NCBI GenBank assembly: GCA_050273025.1
Contig: CP158635.1
Location: forward strand, 12,462,001 to 12,526,000
Length of the DNA: 64,000 nucleotides
DNA from: Cenococcum geophilum
Lineage: Eukaryota
Reading direction: 5' to 3'
The translations under genes and the position numbers were made by a program. The notes under the pieces were generated by a model. It saw nothing but the letters and a program-made list of their open reading frames with translations. It was not told the origin of the DNA and searched no databases. Below, piece by piece: positions 1-13,960 of this stretch (the first letter of the stretch is position 1; every line of letters starts with the position of its first letter).

Positions 1-724
1 ACGCACTAGTTACCCGCAATTGCGGTTTTAGGAGGGCAGTAGGCACCTTGGGTTATCTAGTTATATTTATTAGAATGCGGGCCTATAACTATAGAAGACA
101 CTATTGCTTATATAGAAGTACCACAGCTGCTATAAGTATTGGCCTAGCCTAGTATATAAATCTAAACGCGAAAGGAGGCGCGGTAGCCTAGGTGGCTTTA
201 TTAAGCTCCTGTATATATATCTCCAATTACTCTAAAGCTTCCTTTCCACCTTCTATAAACGCTATATTGCTAGAATAGGCTCTAGACCTTATCAATACTC
301 CCTTATACTTAAATTCCGCTAGAATTACTCTGCTACTATGGTAGCTAGGTTTACCTAAAAAAAGCCGATTAAACAAATTATGTATGGGAACCGCAAGCTA
401 GCGAATATTGGGCACAATATATACAATGGCGATAATTTTACAAATCTTTAAGATATTAGGGACCTGCTTACCTAATATATAGGCAATTACTTACCTTTAC
501 CTCTCTTAAATTTTCTTCTTTCTATCCTATATAGGAGACCTTTCCTCTTTTCTTCCTTAAGGATAGTTTCCCCTACTATTGGAACCTAATAGATTGAAGT
601 TTTGCCTATATTGGGCGTATTTATTATAGGGACAGGTATCTAAGGGTAGTAGTTAGATTATTAATGATATAAAAGGGGTGGGTTATATACTGCTTGCCTT
701 TAGCGGGTGTATTATAGTTACTAG

Positions 725-790
725 CCTTTAAAGGTCTTTAAAGGTCTTTAAAAGTCTTTAGAGGTCCTTAGAGGCCTTTAATGGTCTTTT
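725..790. repeat. Degenerate 10-bp tandem repeat (CTTTAAAGGT)n, ~6 copies
   Basis: ctttaaaggt ctttaaaggt ctttaaaagt ctttagaggt ccttagaggc ctttaatggt is read directly. Confidence 0.8.
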
Positions 791-1304
791 TATATATTAG
801 TTGGTGAAATACCAAGCAGAGGTCATACATATATGTCTATAAGGCCGAGCTATATAACAATTCTTATTGGAGTAACGAGAGCGTACGTAGACTTAAGCTA
901 GGCTGTAAATGATATAAAATGCGAAGTTGCGCGTAAAGGTAGCCTAAATCCAAATCACTAGACCGTATAAATATGGGAAGACGCCACTCGCTCTACATTT
1001 TTATTCTTATATATAAAGAAGTTCCCGCTATATACTATAGGTGGTGAAGATTAGTAAAGGTCTTAACCTAACTCGGGGTCGCTAAATAGCAAGGAAGGGG
1101 TAAATAGATATATTGCACCCCGGCTTATAAAACTTAGGTATATTACCCCTTGGCTACCCTAGTTACCTAACTGCAATAAAAGCTTATAGATATGCATAAG
1201 ATAATAATATTCTTAACAGCCCCCGCCCCCAATCGTCCTTAGAGAGATATTTAGAACTACTTCTTTTCCTAGCCCAGTTTACGACGTTTAGATTAACCCC
1301 TAAT

Positions 1305-1923
1305 ATGGCAACTATTAAATTTATCTTATAACTTATAGACCTTGCTAAGAAGCTTAAACGGGTTATTAAAAGTGTCCTATGCTCTTACATGCATCCTACA
1401 AAAAGCAACTATTGGACAATTAAGGATTTAGGTATAAGGCTTTTCAAAGCTATAGAAAAGCTCCCAGTGGAGATTAAAGCACTTAAAAAAAGACGTACAG
1501 AGTCGGCTTATAAGGAGGGCAAATAGCGGTTAAACCAGGCACAAAAGAATAGAAAAGACACTATTACTAGTTCGAACTTAAAGAATCGAGGGATATTCGC
1601 AAAAAACATAGCACTTTTCTTTAGCGGTCTAAAGGATTTGGTCATTAATTTGGACGTAACTTAAATAAGGAAGCAGGCGACCTAAAAAAGGTGCGAGTGG
1701 ATTTATAGCCTAAGTCCTAACGGGATAATTTCCTAGGTAGCGGCCTTTAACCCTACCGTATAGACGGCAAATTTGATATTAAAGGATATGTTTGACTTTG
1801 TGGTCGAGCGGATTGACCTAGAGGATATTTAGGTGTGGCTATTTAATATATATTATATACTAAATGGTTTGGGAACTAAAGAGCCGTTATAAGAATTCTA
1901 AAAATATTATAAGTTCCTAAAAG
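1305..1923 (+). pseudogene. RIP-inactivated hypothetical protein gene, exon 1 (~205 codons)
   Basis: ATG at 1305; one frame broken only by TAA/TAG stops (..LKNRGIFAKNIALFFSG..RKQAT*KRCEWI..SPNGIIS*VAAFNPTV*TANL..DMFDFVVERID..). It ends at an AG|GTAAGG donor. Confidence 0.6.
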
Positions 1924-2599
1924 GTAAGGTCTACTTTAGCGAGAACTTTTAAGTATAAAGCTGACGGCTACTAGCCGCTATAGAAGATAGGGAAAAACCT
2001 ACGGTATTAAATCGGTTAAGGAAACGGAGGTATATTAATAAGCCTATATATAGACGTAAGTAGGATTCACCTTCGTTGCATTAAAGGCTGTGCTAATAAT
2101 ATATACTATAGAAATTCAATACATATTTATAAACGCGCCCACCAATTATATCCCCCTTTTAGGCGACTTTCTTTTTAAGGCAGTCCAGACCAGTAATTAA
2201 TAGGAAAAGGAAAGAAGACTAGGACTTCTAATAACAGAATGTTTAACTACGCTAATTCCTAAGGGAGAAAATATGGATATCTCTATTACCCTTTAGGTTA
2301 GTCGTTAAGAGGCGGTTCTAATATATAACTTATTTAAGCTCTAGCGGACTTAAGTATTATCTTCATCTAGCCATCTATTACCTTAATTTTACACCTAGCA
2401 GGAATAGGATGCGATTTATCCTATATAATGTCTTTAAGTGGTCTAGTACCTTTAGGTGCTTTAGGATTAGAGATCCTAATAAATACGCCTCTAAATATTA
2501 TTATTTAATTATAATCTACTACATTGAATATATGGAATGATATATAGTCTAGCTTTTCTCCCTCCCTAACCTATATATAAATCCCAAGTTAGCTTAAAG

Positions 2600-3248
2600 T
2601 TTATTTAACTGGGTTTGGCTTTAATAGACCTTTTCGGACATAATAAATTTTATAAAGGTATAACTCTAAAAGGGAATATATTGCCAGTAGATAAATAGTA
2701 TAAATTTAGACAAAGCTAAGCTCTATCTAGGAGTAGTATATGTTCTCTATATAGGTTCGCGCTATTAAAAAGGACCTAAAGTAGGGGGAAACAGCGACCT
2801 AAGGATTGTGGGTAAGGGCGTTAAAGTTATTATAAAAATGGGCCCTAGGAGGTTCTGGTAGGAAATATACTAGTTAGGAAGTAAATAAAGGCTATATCTT
2901 ACGTAATAGATTTAGCAGCCTATTTTGTTAGCTAAGGAAGAACTAGTATAGGTAATAGTAAGTATACAGCTTCTGCGCGATAAAGAGATTAAAGAGGTAT
3001 AAAAGAGGTGGATTATATACTTAAATAGAGTAAAGCGGAAAGGATTTAAGAATATAAATAAGTTATAGAGTCTAATAGGCGTATAAATACTCGAGGCATT
3101 AGTGCCCAATAAGAGATTAATATAAAAATGATTTGGGCGGCGTTGGCTTAGCCTAGCTTGCGCCCTACTTTATATAACCAGCGAGTATTAGCCTCTGTAA
3201 AAAAAGTCAGCTTTGTGTCTAGTAAAAAAGAAAAATTAAGGCGTCCAT
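2600..3248 (-). pseudogene. RIP-inactivated hypothetical ORF
   Basis: ATG at 3248; a long single frame broken only by RIP-type stops (MDALIFLFL..TRWLYKVGRKLG..PYPQSLGRCFP..). Family not recognised; 3' end approximate. Confidence 0.4.
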
Positions 3249-4379
3249 AATTATAGCAGCGGTAGAATTGGAGAAGTTTTTTAATATATGGTCTTTTACC
3301 GTAGTTAGCATAGCGTCCATTAACCTGGCATAATGTATACTAAATGCCATATATACACGCGTATAAAACTAGGCTTAATCCTATATGCCTACTTTTGCCT
3401 ACTATATTAGAATCAGTTCCATAACCGCCTTTTACGCGACCAGTAGTAAAAGGCTAAGTTAAATAGGATCACCCTCTTAAGCACTATATTCTGCTTCCTG
3501 CAGATATTTTTAAGCGCCTTTATAATTTCCTGTTTTAATACTAGGATTGGTAGAAAAAGTGTGGTTCTTTTTATATAATTTCCCAATTATATATAGTATA
3601 TTCTTGGTATAGCAAAATTTAACAGCTAAGCCCCTAAATAGATTAACTAACTAACGCTTAGTACTATAGAAGGCCTAGGCTTAGCAAACGGCGTACGCTA
3701 GCCTACTCAGCGAGAGCTCTTTTATAATAACTTGGCCCTAAACTTAAGCTAAATATATTTATAAATTGTCATCTTATCTAGATTCTCCGCTAAACTCCGC
3801 CGTAACTATCCTATTACAGTATGATGGAATTTGGCTTTAACACGGTTAGGGTATTCTACTATGCTAGAGTATATGTCTAACTACTCTCTTAGTATTATAA
3901 AGAGGGATAAAGACAATAATCCTAACGCTTATGTGCTACTCCAGCAGTATTATATTATATTCGCCTATTCCCTAGCCAGGATTTCCTTTAAAGTTCCCTT
4001 ATAGATAGCTTTTATACAAAATCAAACAATCCTATTACACGACTTATGTTTATCCTCTATATACCATCCTTTTATATACCGCCCATTTTGGTTTCCATTT
4101 TGGATAATCCTATATTCCACGGCCCTTATTTCTTCCTCCGTAATATCATTCTATCCTTTAGGGAAATTTTAGAGGCGGCCTAGTAGCAGAGATCCGAGCT
4201 CAATCCGGACTTAGTCCTGTTTATAGTTAATCTAAGAGACAGTCTAGATAGGAGAGAAATCTACCTTAAAGTCTTTAAATTCCTTCTGCTATTTTATGCT
4301 ATCCATTATATATCCCATATTATTAGCAAACTCCCTTTTATTTGCTAGGATACGCTATACGGATAGTTGGAAAATACAT

Positions 4380-5207
4380 ATATAAAGAAAGATTTTTGGA
4401 TAATCTTAATATTCTGGTATAGGGACTTCCTCCTTTATCTCGAACCCGCATTTAGTATAGAAAGTCTTACTACCCGCCGCGGAAGAAATGCTAAGTAAAA
4501 TGCTGTTAAGAACCGAAATCGCTTTGAACCAGTACGTAAAGGCTTTAGCGTGCCTACGCCCCCGGTATTTTAGGTATAGTGCTAGCGTTTAAAGTATATA
4601 GTGGGGCCCAGATTTATAGAGCCACCTATTATTTAGGTGAAAAGTTTAGAATTAATCCTAAGATTTAAAGGGGTAAGGCATTATACTTTAACTTAGCTGA
4701 ATTAGTATATTTCGCATAGAGCAACATAGCTTCTTTACTCTCGTCTCGCTTTGGGTTTAAGACTTCCTCCTATAGCTTATTAATATCTACGCTAGTATTA
4801 ATAAAGCCTTGTAATTGCCGTAACACTTAATAATATTTACTTTCTGGCTAAAACTGCCCGCTTCGATTGGAACCTTTTGGTAGGGATAAAATTGCAACAC
4901 TGATAATTATAGACTTAGTATTCTCTATGGGCGGATATATACTTTTAAGTGCGTTGTAGACTATCTTATGTTTATCATTTTCAAAAGCATTGTTTATAAT
5001 AAGTACGATTCTATCCGGATTTTTAATTTCTTGTCTAAAAAGGTTTTTAAAGCTTATTAGTGTATCTCCTAGAAATTTGGCATAGTGTGGTCTCTAATAT
5101 TGCTATATAGGGGAGGAAAAGTATGCGGCAGTGGCAATAAGTGCCATTTGTTTTGCCTTAGAGACCTCCGCCTTATGAAGACGCCCTAAAACAGGCGCTT
5201 TAAACAT
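4380..5207 (-). pseudogene. RIP-inactivated GNAT-family N-acetyltransferase gene
   Basis: Minus-strand frame from ATG 5207 (..MALIATAAYFSSP..). It contains the acetyl-CoA motif A TLALYLKYRGRRHAK (de-RIP: LALHPKYRGRGHA) at ~4545-4590 and KTFYTKCGFEI at ~4440-4470. The frame may extend further 3'. Confidence 0.7.
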
Positions 5208-6189
5208 CGCTAACTGGCTTTCTCTCTGTATAGGAAGAACGTGACTTAGAAAAGAGCGGTAGGAGAAATAGTTTAGGAAGTATATAAAGATTAAAAGGAC
5301 TTTAGAGATTACTATAAAGCGAAGAGAGGGTAAATATACTTAGTGTGGGCTAACAAGGTTTAACTCCTGTAGACTAATTACTAGATTATACTAGGAATTA
5401 TAGCGTAGAGATTAGAGCTAAGCATCCTTTTATATTAGTCTACGGTTATATAATTTCCGATTATATAGGAGAAAGGGAGCATTATTTATAAGATAGGTTT
5501 GCTAGTTGCTATTATAAGGGCATAAAATAAACATGTCTTAACGTATATATAGGGCGAAAATTGATAAACTTGGGTGGCTAGGGTAGATGAGGGGCTATGC
5601 ACCTAGTCCCAGAAGTGAGGACTCTAATAGTGTGCATTCCTATAACGCATCTCCTTCGTTATCTCCTATCTTGGCCGCGTGTTAAGTAGTATATATATAC
5701 TATAAATTCCGGAATAGCTCTAACATTAGAATCCACACATTGCCTATATTTTACCTGGACGGAAAATCGTTATCATTACCTTATAAAATGTGCAACCATA
5801 TTTGAATGACGCTTAAATGCGGCTATTTTATTAATAGAGTAAAAACGTAGTGCCTAAAATACTAAGAGACCTGTAAACTATGTCCTCTTAATGTTATGGG
5901 GATGTAAGTATAGAGACCTTCTAATCTAATCTAGGGTTATTACTTACGGCGTGATTTAGAGATAACTACCCGGATAGAAACTGCCGTAAGCTTTAAAGCA
6001 GCTGAAAAGATTAGGCGGTCGGCTTATTAAAACGCATAGTAGACTGTTAATTAAAATTACAGATAGAGTAAAGGATATAATTTAGCTAAAAGGTGTTATA
6101 AGGAAACTGTTTAAACCAGCTAAATATTCTTATATTGGGGTATATTTTACAAGTCTAAACCTTTAGAAATTTACCTTTTATGTTAACTC

Positions 6190-6315
6190 CTCGCAATCCC
6201 TTAGCAATCTCTTAGCAATCCTATTATAGCCCTATAATAACCTTATAAGACTCTTATGGGACTCCTGCGGGACTCCTCTAGGACTTCTATAGGACTCCTA
6301 TAGGAATCCCCTAGT
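6190..6315. repeat. Degenerate ~11-bp tandem array (GCAATCTCTTA / GGACTCCTATA)
   Basis: Read directly; a related array lies in inverted orientation at 9550-9662. Confidence 0.65.
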
Positions 6316-6940
6316 GATTTTACGGTAATCCACAGGACCTCTATCTCTAAAATCTACTTGTCGTTTTAGAGGATAGACGTTAGCACCTAAATAAGGTTAT
6401 TTTCCCTCTAAACCTAACCTTCTTTATTTTTAAACTAAGAGTTTAATACCTACTAGACCTCTAGTTGCCCCCAGTCTAATTAAGGCACAGATTTCGTAGC
6501 CCCTGCTTTATAACTAGCACGCTCCTCTAGATTTTACTACTAGTGTTTCGCGGTATGTAAGAATTTAAACACTTCCCTAAGGATGTCATTTCAGCTCAAG
6601 CTTAAGCTTAAGTCTTCTTCGATCTTGGCCTAAAGCAGTTAGATCTAGTAAGCGTTACTTAAAGGGTTAACAAAACAAGCTTATATGCATTTAAGCCAGA
6701 GATATTAGATGTCGATAGTTAGTTATTAAAGTCAATGTGCAATAATATTTATTAATCTCACTAGGTAAAGCATTACGTGTACCAGAGGCTTCGGATTACA
6801 GCTATACCCCGCCAAACCTACCCCGCGCGGCTTAAAATTTTAAATAGTAAAACAACAATAACTTTAAACTAACGGTAGAACGACTAAGTAATAAGTATAT
6901 AGATATTAAAGTCGTTAAACGTAGCGGGCAAGGGCTCTCT

Positions 6941-7400
6941 ATGAAAGAAGATCTTAGTAAGGCTTTGCAAGCTTTTATAGAAGATGGGTTTCTTATTCTT
7001 AAAAGAGCTACAAGCATTAAGCCCCCTTTAGCGGAGTTATCGGAGTTATTAAGCTTTATTAAAAGGGAGATTGTTTTAAATAAGGTAAGCTATTTCTAAA
7101 GTTTATAAGCGAGACTAACATCCCTCTAGGCTGTTAAAATAATACTTTTCTTGGCTTAAGATGATGGCTTTTGTATTGCCGCCTACCTTCTATCTAAACC
7201 TGCTCTAACCCGTAAAGAGTTAGGGCGCGATTATAAATAGGAAAAAATAGCTTCTGCTAAAGATCTTATAGGGGCTATATGCTATTATTTAGGAGGAGAT
7301 TAAAATATTACATAGATATTCCAGGTTAATGTATATTCTCGTAGAGTAACTACTAGGAAAATAGTAAATGTTAAGGCTAATAGAGGTGATATGTATGTAC
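6941..7400 (+). pseudogene. RIP-inactivated intron-containing hypothetical gene
   Basis: ATG 6941 (MKEDLSKALQAFIEDGFLILK..). Intron GTAAGC ~7085 ..ACTAAC..CTAG ~7129 preserves frame; next donor GTATGT ~7392. Confidence 0.45.
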
Positions 7401-7959
7401 TCTTAAACCCTATAAATATTTTCGCATTTACTAAACTTCCTCTAGCTTTATTTGCTATTACTAGCTATTATAGTTAAGACCTTTCCTTAAGAATAAACCA
7501 CCTTCCCTAGTATATATAATTGTGGTTTTATATATATAGACCGGGTATCCCGGGCGCGAAGTACTGGATAATTAAACTGGTGATAAGATTCTAGAGTAGT
7601 TTGGAAATAATTACTCTAGAAGTAGCAAATATATAGTTTAGAAGCGATAACTATATTAAGTGGCACGTAAAAGGAATAAAGATTATTGCTTATAGTTAGC
7701 TACAGATTCTCCTATATATCCCTCTACCGAAGTATTAAATATTGCTTTAAGCCTAGACGAGAACTAGTAGCGCATAATTAAAAGTAGATTTAGTTTAGAA
7801 GGGGGGCGATTTAGCGAGCTTAGGAGGCGGTTCTACAAGTCACGCTAATACGCTTTAGTCAGTGCTAGGCTATAGCGGGGATTTTAAAAGGCTTATGCTA
7901 GGCCTATAATGTTTAAGTCTAGATTAGAGAGTAATGCATTTGTTATACTAGGACCCTCT

Positions 7960-8870
7960 AGGGAGAATAACTACTATATCAACTTTAATAGAAGGTTAAA
8001 GGGTATTGTGTTAAATATATTTTAATAAAATAACCATACTTCTGCCGGAGAATTAAAGGGTACCATATTTAACGGGTTTAAATCGTCCTGGGAGAATGGC
8101 GGCTGCATTAGTTCTGGTAAATCGTTAAAGGGCGTGGCATTAAACGTATTCCAGCGAAATGACTATACTTGCCCTATCGCATTTAAAGTATTCCAGTTAT
8201 CCTATAGGGGCGGCTGCTATATCGGCTCTTGTAGATTATTAAAGGGAGTGGCATTAAACGTGTTCCAATAAAATAACCGTACTTACTCCGCTGAAGAATT
8301 AGTGGCTACCGTACTTAACGAGCTCGAATTACCCTGGGAGGATAGCGGCTGCATTGGCTCCGGTAAATCGTTAAAGGGCGTAATATTAAATGTGTCCTAA
8401 TTGCGATTAAAGGGCGTAGCATTAAACGTATTCTAATTAGGCAGCTGCACTAGTTCCGCTAGAGAACTTAAGGGTGCTATACTTAACGTGCGCCTAAACA
8501 GCTCTCTGCGTGGCTGTAATACTAATTGCTTAAACTCTACTTAAGAACTAGAGGGCGTTGCCTTAAATTTATAAATATTCATGTGCTGGGTAAAACTTGA
8601 TAGTCTTTAGAACTCTTATTTATATATATAGTAGTATTTATCTAGTTAACTCTTTTCTTTATAGAACTTCCTTATATATTTTTAGACATTGTACGACTTA
8701 CTAAAACAGCGGGTGTAGAATAGATACGGAAATTTCTTTAAAGGCTTTTTCCCCTTTTTAAGAGATAACATATAATCCGTAGCTTGTGTGTTATTCTTAG
8801 TCTAATAATACCTAACATTCCGCTTACTTTAGTAAGGTTTGGAGATTGCAGAGTGACCGCGTTTTCGCAT
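7960..8870 (-). pseudogene. RIP-inactivated gene encoding a repeat protein (WNTFNATPFNDLPEPMQP-like units)
   Basis: At least 4-5 related DNA units at 7960-8570 translate on the minus strand to W(N/D)TFN(A/T)TPFN(D)L(P)EPMQ(Q)P. Candidate ATG at 8870. Confidence 0.5.
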
Positions 8871-9549
8871 TGGAGGTATTGCGACGTGTAGGGTTGTACT
8901 AGATTCCTAAGTTTTAGTAGATAGAAATTAAATAGGTTTTATTACTTACAATTCCTACACCTTTAAATACGTGTTCTATATAGTATAGGAAAGATATCTA
9001 TAGTTCCTGCTATATAGGGGACCGAAGGCTTTAAACTATCCCTACTGTAGTTAATAATGGATACTTGTTATTTGCGCAGGAGGCTGCTAGGTGCCGCGGG
9101 GGAATTAGCGTAGATCTCTAAGGTCGCGGACTTTATTAAGCTTCGTTACTAAGTAAAGAGGCTACCCATAATTAGGAGGAATTGTAATACTAAAGGAGTT
9201 GTTATACGGATACTAAGGAAGGCAAAACCAGGGCTTATTATTGGCGAGACTAGGGAAAGATTAGGAGGAATAAGAGCGAGAATCCAGATAATGCGCGTTA
9301 CGTTAGTATATTACGTGTAGGCTATAGGGGCTAAGCTTATTAAATAGAGAATTATAAGCCGCTAGGGCAAGAGTACTAGAAATAGAAAGCGTGCCAAGCA
9401 AGCCTGTGCCTTAGTAAAAGAGGTACTTGGAGATATTAAGGCCTAAAAAGGCGTATATAAAAGAAGGCGGCACTACGGATATGGCTGCTGAAACTAATCT
9501 TATAACCCTAGCTACTCTCACTACCTTTTTTTAGCTTAAGGAGGCTAGT

Positions 9550-9662
9550 TTCCTAAGGCGCTATAGGAGTTTTAGAGAAGTCCTATATAAGTTATATAGG
9601 AGTTTTAGAGGAGTTATAGAGGAGTCCTAAAAGATTCCTAGAGGATTGCTAAGAGATTGCCA
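9550..9662. repeat. Degenerate ~11-bp tandem array, inverted relative to 6190-6315
   Basis: Reverse complement begins gcaatctcttagcaatcc..ggactcctctat, matching the 6190-6315 units. Confidence 0.6.
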
Positions 9663-11702
9663 TTAAGGGGCACAATATTCTATAAAGGTGGTTAGAGGGA
9701 ATTAGGCTGTAACCTAGCCTTATAGCCGCCCTATTACCTTACTACCCTATTACGCTATTGCCTTGTCGCCTTATTACCTTCTTACCCTTTTTTACTTTGG
9801 TTAATCTCTTTATTAGCAGGACACCCCTACTTTTTAAAACAATATATAAACTTCCTGTTATAGCATTTATTAGCGCTAAGTTTATTTATTTACTTATTCT
9901 TAGTTAAGTAGTGCTTTTATAGCTTCGTTTACCAACCACCTTACGGCGTTCTCTCCGCTTTTAAATAATTTTTTACTTCCTCCCTCTTTAAACTATTTTT
10001 AGAGTCTCCCTTTATTACTAGCTTAAAAATATCTCTCCTATTTCAGCCAAGTTATTATACGTATTATTAGAGCTGTCCTAGTGTACTAGACTAGCTATTA
10101 AGGTTTATATATACAGCCTCTTTAAGTAAATTACTAACTAAAAATTAGGCTTTATTCTTGTGGAGATTCTATATAAATATTCTAAAAACTATTTTTAATA
10201 AGGATTTCCTAGTCGTTACCGGCATTACTATACTTGCCTTTCTACTCCTAATTTCCGGCTTCGTACTAGTATTCTTCCCACGACACTAGACAATAGGGCG
10301 TTCGTTAGCTTTCTTAGGTGGTCTCTTAATAAATACATTATTGGGTATAACTCTTACTACTTTTACCTAGATAGTGAGAAAACATAGAAGGTTAAAAGTG
10401 TTATAGCTCTTATGCGCTACGGTTATTCTTATACCATATTCTAGCATTTACTTTACATTTATTAATATATATCTATTCCTTTCGGTAAGCTACTATAGTA
10501 ACGCTCTAGTGACTTCTACTAACAGAAATAGGGACACTCTCTTATAGAATGTATTACGAACGTTGCCGTCGTTTTACTACAAGCTTGGTCGCTTTATATT
10601 AAATACCAATAGCATAACGCGATATCTTACGATATACCTATTAGCCCTAGTGACTCGGAGAAAGCTATACGGAGATATTCGAACCCTAAATACCCCGACC
10701 GACCCATTAGCCCCGATGACTTAGAGGAAGCCACAATATCAAACCCTAAATCCTCCTATACTAAAACTAATTGTAGGAGGAATGGGTTAGTTCTTAGTTA
10801 TCTTAGTTACTTCTTAGGCTAATACTAGCTTAGTAGTTTTAAAATTTACGTTAGCCATTCCGTTAACATAACCTACAAAGCGCGGAGAGAAGGCGAGACC
10901 TTTTTATCTAAGAATTTCAAAGCTATAGACAATCCCCTGCTGGATAAGGGCCTTTAATCTAAGGCATATAGCCTATAGTAGGATTACGTCTTTCTACCTA
11001 AGAAGGTCGAAGCTATAGATAACTTCCTGCCGGATAAGGTTTTCCTTAGAGATAATCGCTATATACTTTAGTTATACCTTAAACGCATATGTCTTAAGCA
11101 AGAGTGGAGAGACTTTATATCCCAAATGCTAAAGCTTAGTAACTTAAGGGGGGAGGCTATAAAAAAGCTAAGGCTGTAAGAGGTATATATAAGGAACTAT
11201 CAAGTTATTTAGGAGGAATTTTCTTCCTAGGTAGCAGCTATATATAGACTTTGTTAAAACTCAAAGCCTCTTACTACCTTTAAACTTCCTTAGAAAACCT
11301 AGCTAAGGTACAGCTCCTCCTTTAAAGGCACGTAGTATTATCTGAAATTGCCTTATATAGCTAAGGTTAAGATACACTCCATTAAAGCCACTAAACACGT
11401 CTCTAGCTTTATGCCTCATTATATAAAACCAGACTGTGGTTTTCGTTTATTTTTAGGAGGGAAGGCCTTATATAGAGTCTTTTGTCATTGTATAAAACTT
11501 TTATACTAAAAGTATACTAAATTTTCAAGGGCTAGGAGCGGGGACACGCTAGCGCTCCACGACTTGGCCAATTACTCCTAGTTATGCGATAAAGCCTTAA
11601 TAAGTAACGGTCTAAATATCTATAGGTTTTATTGCAGATGGGTGACTAGGGTAATTGGGGGAATATATACCTAAGCACGAGCCAGAGTGTAGCGCATTTG
11701 CT

Positions 11703-12377
11703 TTACCCCTCTAAAATGGTTAAACTTTTATATTTTAAAGTCTAAGCCGCGATCTATGGGGTAAACTACTAATTTAAGAAAGCCCTAAATACTACCCGCT
11801 CTCTTACTCGTTAATCTAAAACGTGCTAGCTCCTGCGTATTAACTAGCACCGGAACTAAGCCTCTATATATAGCCCCGTACCTTAAGCCTATTACTTAGC
11901 TTAAAGTTAGGAGGATATTAGTATAATTTAGCACTCTGGGGCTTGCCAGCTTAGCTACTAAAACGCCTTTATATCTGCAGTGGCCTACTAATAGATTTTT
12001 TTATAGGTAATTAGTGTTCCGTTTTTGCTTTCTAGGTTAATTAGCGCCTCCGATTTTAGGCCTATGTATATTTTTACTGCCTCTAAACAATTAGGGTTGA
12101 ACTATATTATAGTTAGCCCTCCACTAACCTTTGCCACGTATAACTATATATCCGTATTAAGTTGCTAACGCCGCCTTCTAATGCATTTAGCGTATTAGGT
12201 TTGGACCTATATATACCCTCGTCGTTCTAGCAAGATATTAGCCACGTATAGTATGCTTAACCTTTAACCGGTCTTCGATATGTATATAGCATGGCGTATA
12301 CTATTGTTTTATTAGCCGATGTATTAATAAACCACTAAGTCCAGACCTCCAGAGCTGATATTATTGTTACTTACCAT
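11703..12377 (-). pseudogene. RIP-inactivated hypothetical ORF
   Basis: About 220 codons in one frame broken only by TAA/TAG; family not recognised. Confidence 0.35.
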
Positions 12378-13218
12378 ATTATATCTTCCTAGGGAGGTTT
12401 CTGATCCTAAGGATACTCTTATAGCCGCTCTTACAACTCTTAAAGCCGCCCCTATAGCGGTGAGATTTTAAGTCCTTACCGCTAACTTTAACAAAAGCGT
12501 TCGCATGACCGATGGCAATCACTCTATACTTGTTTATGTTGCAATGCCTCTTAGTAACCACACTATATTAAGTTTAGAGATCCTTTGTAATACGATTTAT
12601 AAAGAAGGTATTAAGTACGTAGTTAGTGCGTATAATATTTCCAGTAAAGCCTATAAAAAGCTTCCTAATAAACTTACGGTTTTACACTACTGTCTAAGTA
12701 TATATCCTTTAATAATATAATTTTTTAGACTAATTGCAATGTAGAGCGAGGGGCAAAAACTAGAAGAGAAGCCTTTAAATAAGCACTTAAGGAATATATA
12801 GCAGAGCAACGGAATAAAGGATGGATTGCATAAATGGCTAAAAAGCTTAGGCTATAGGGGTAGGTAAGCCGGCTTACTTACTACTAAATTAAGGGTGCTA
12901 TGTGTTAGAGGCTACGGAAATACTATTATCCAATTATATAAAGGAATGTTTTGTAGGTGCACGGGAATAATTAGAAAATTTTATATAGACTATTAAGGAA
13001 TGTAGAGTCCTATAAAATATTTTCGTCGTCATTTTTTTAAGACAAGGTTTAGAATAAATAAGACTTGGTATAGCTTGGACGAAGGACCTAGGGTGTATCT
13101 ACTATAAAGACTAATCTTATCCGAGAATAGCGTTTAAAATCTAGGGTAAATAATAGATTAGTCAGCTAGACACTGGGATTTTTCCACCTCTTTAAAGCCC
13201 TTTACTACTTCAATACTT

Positions 13219-13960
13219 ATAGACCTTATTGTAGTGCCACCCCCTGGCTGCAGCTGTAAGAATCTTATCGGCTAGGGAATTTCAGGCACTGTGTATCGCG
13301 ATAAACTTCAAAACGAGGTTATTAAAGCTCTAAATAACGCGAATTCTCGACGCTTTATTGAAGTTGAAAAGGAGATCTATAAGAGACTTGGTTAATATAA
13401 TGGACTCTTACAATATTATGGCAGCGAACTTTTCTAGAAGGATAACCGCACGGCGATATGTCTAGAACGCGCTCTAAATAGCTAGCTTTACGGGTTTCTT
13501 CAGGACAAAAGTAATAACATTAATCGAATTTTATAAATGCGTTAGATTTCATAGCTTGTGGACGTTCTTAAATATGTTCACTCCAGATATATTATATACG
13601 GTAATATTTTATGCTATAATATTCTCTTAGATAAACATTTAAACGCAAAGCTAATTAACTTCGCTAGTTTATCAATTAATAGGTCTCCTCTTCTTGTTTT
13701 GTACTCCGTTTAAGCCCAAGCTCCGTATTTAAGCATGCCTTAAAAGGATGAAATTTTTGCCTTTAGATCGGCTTATTATTATATCTTAATGCGTTATGTC
13801 GCCTTTTATAAGCTTTCCGATAACGATATAGAAGATCGTTATAAATAAGGAATATTTCCCGAATTAAAGTCCCTAGGGGCCTTTAAAGTCATTATTAGAG
13901 GCTATTAAAACGGTAAATATAACTATATAAATAACGTTATTAAAGAAATAGATAAGTAAG
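13219..13960 (+). pseudogene. RIP-inactivated protein kinase gene (fungal HGD..DFAGSS-type kinase domain)
   Basis: One frame gives LIG*GISGTVY (Gly loop), VIKA, EVEKEIY, YVHSRYIIYGNILCYNILLD (de-RIP IHGDISCHNILLD), KLINFASLSIN (DFAGSSID) and DEIFAFRS. Donor GTATGT at 13961; further exons possibly to ~14535. Confidence 0.85.
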
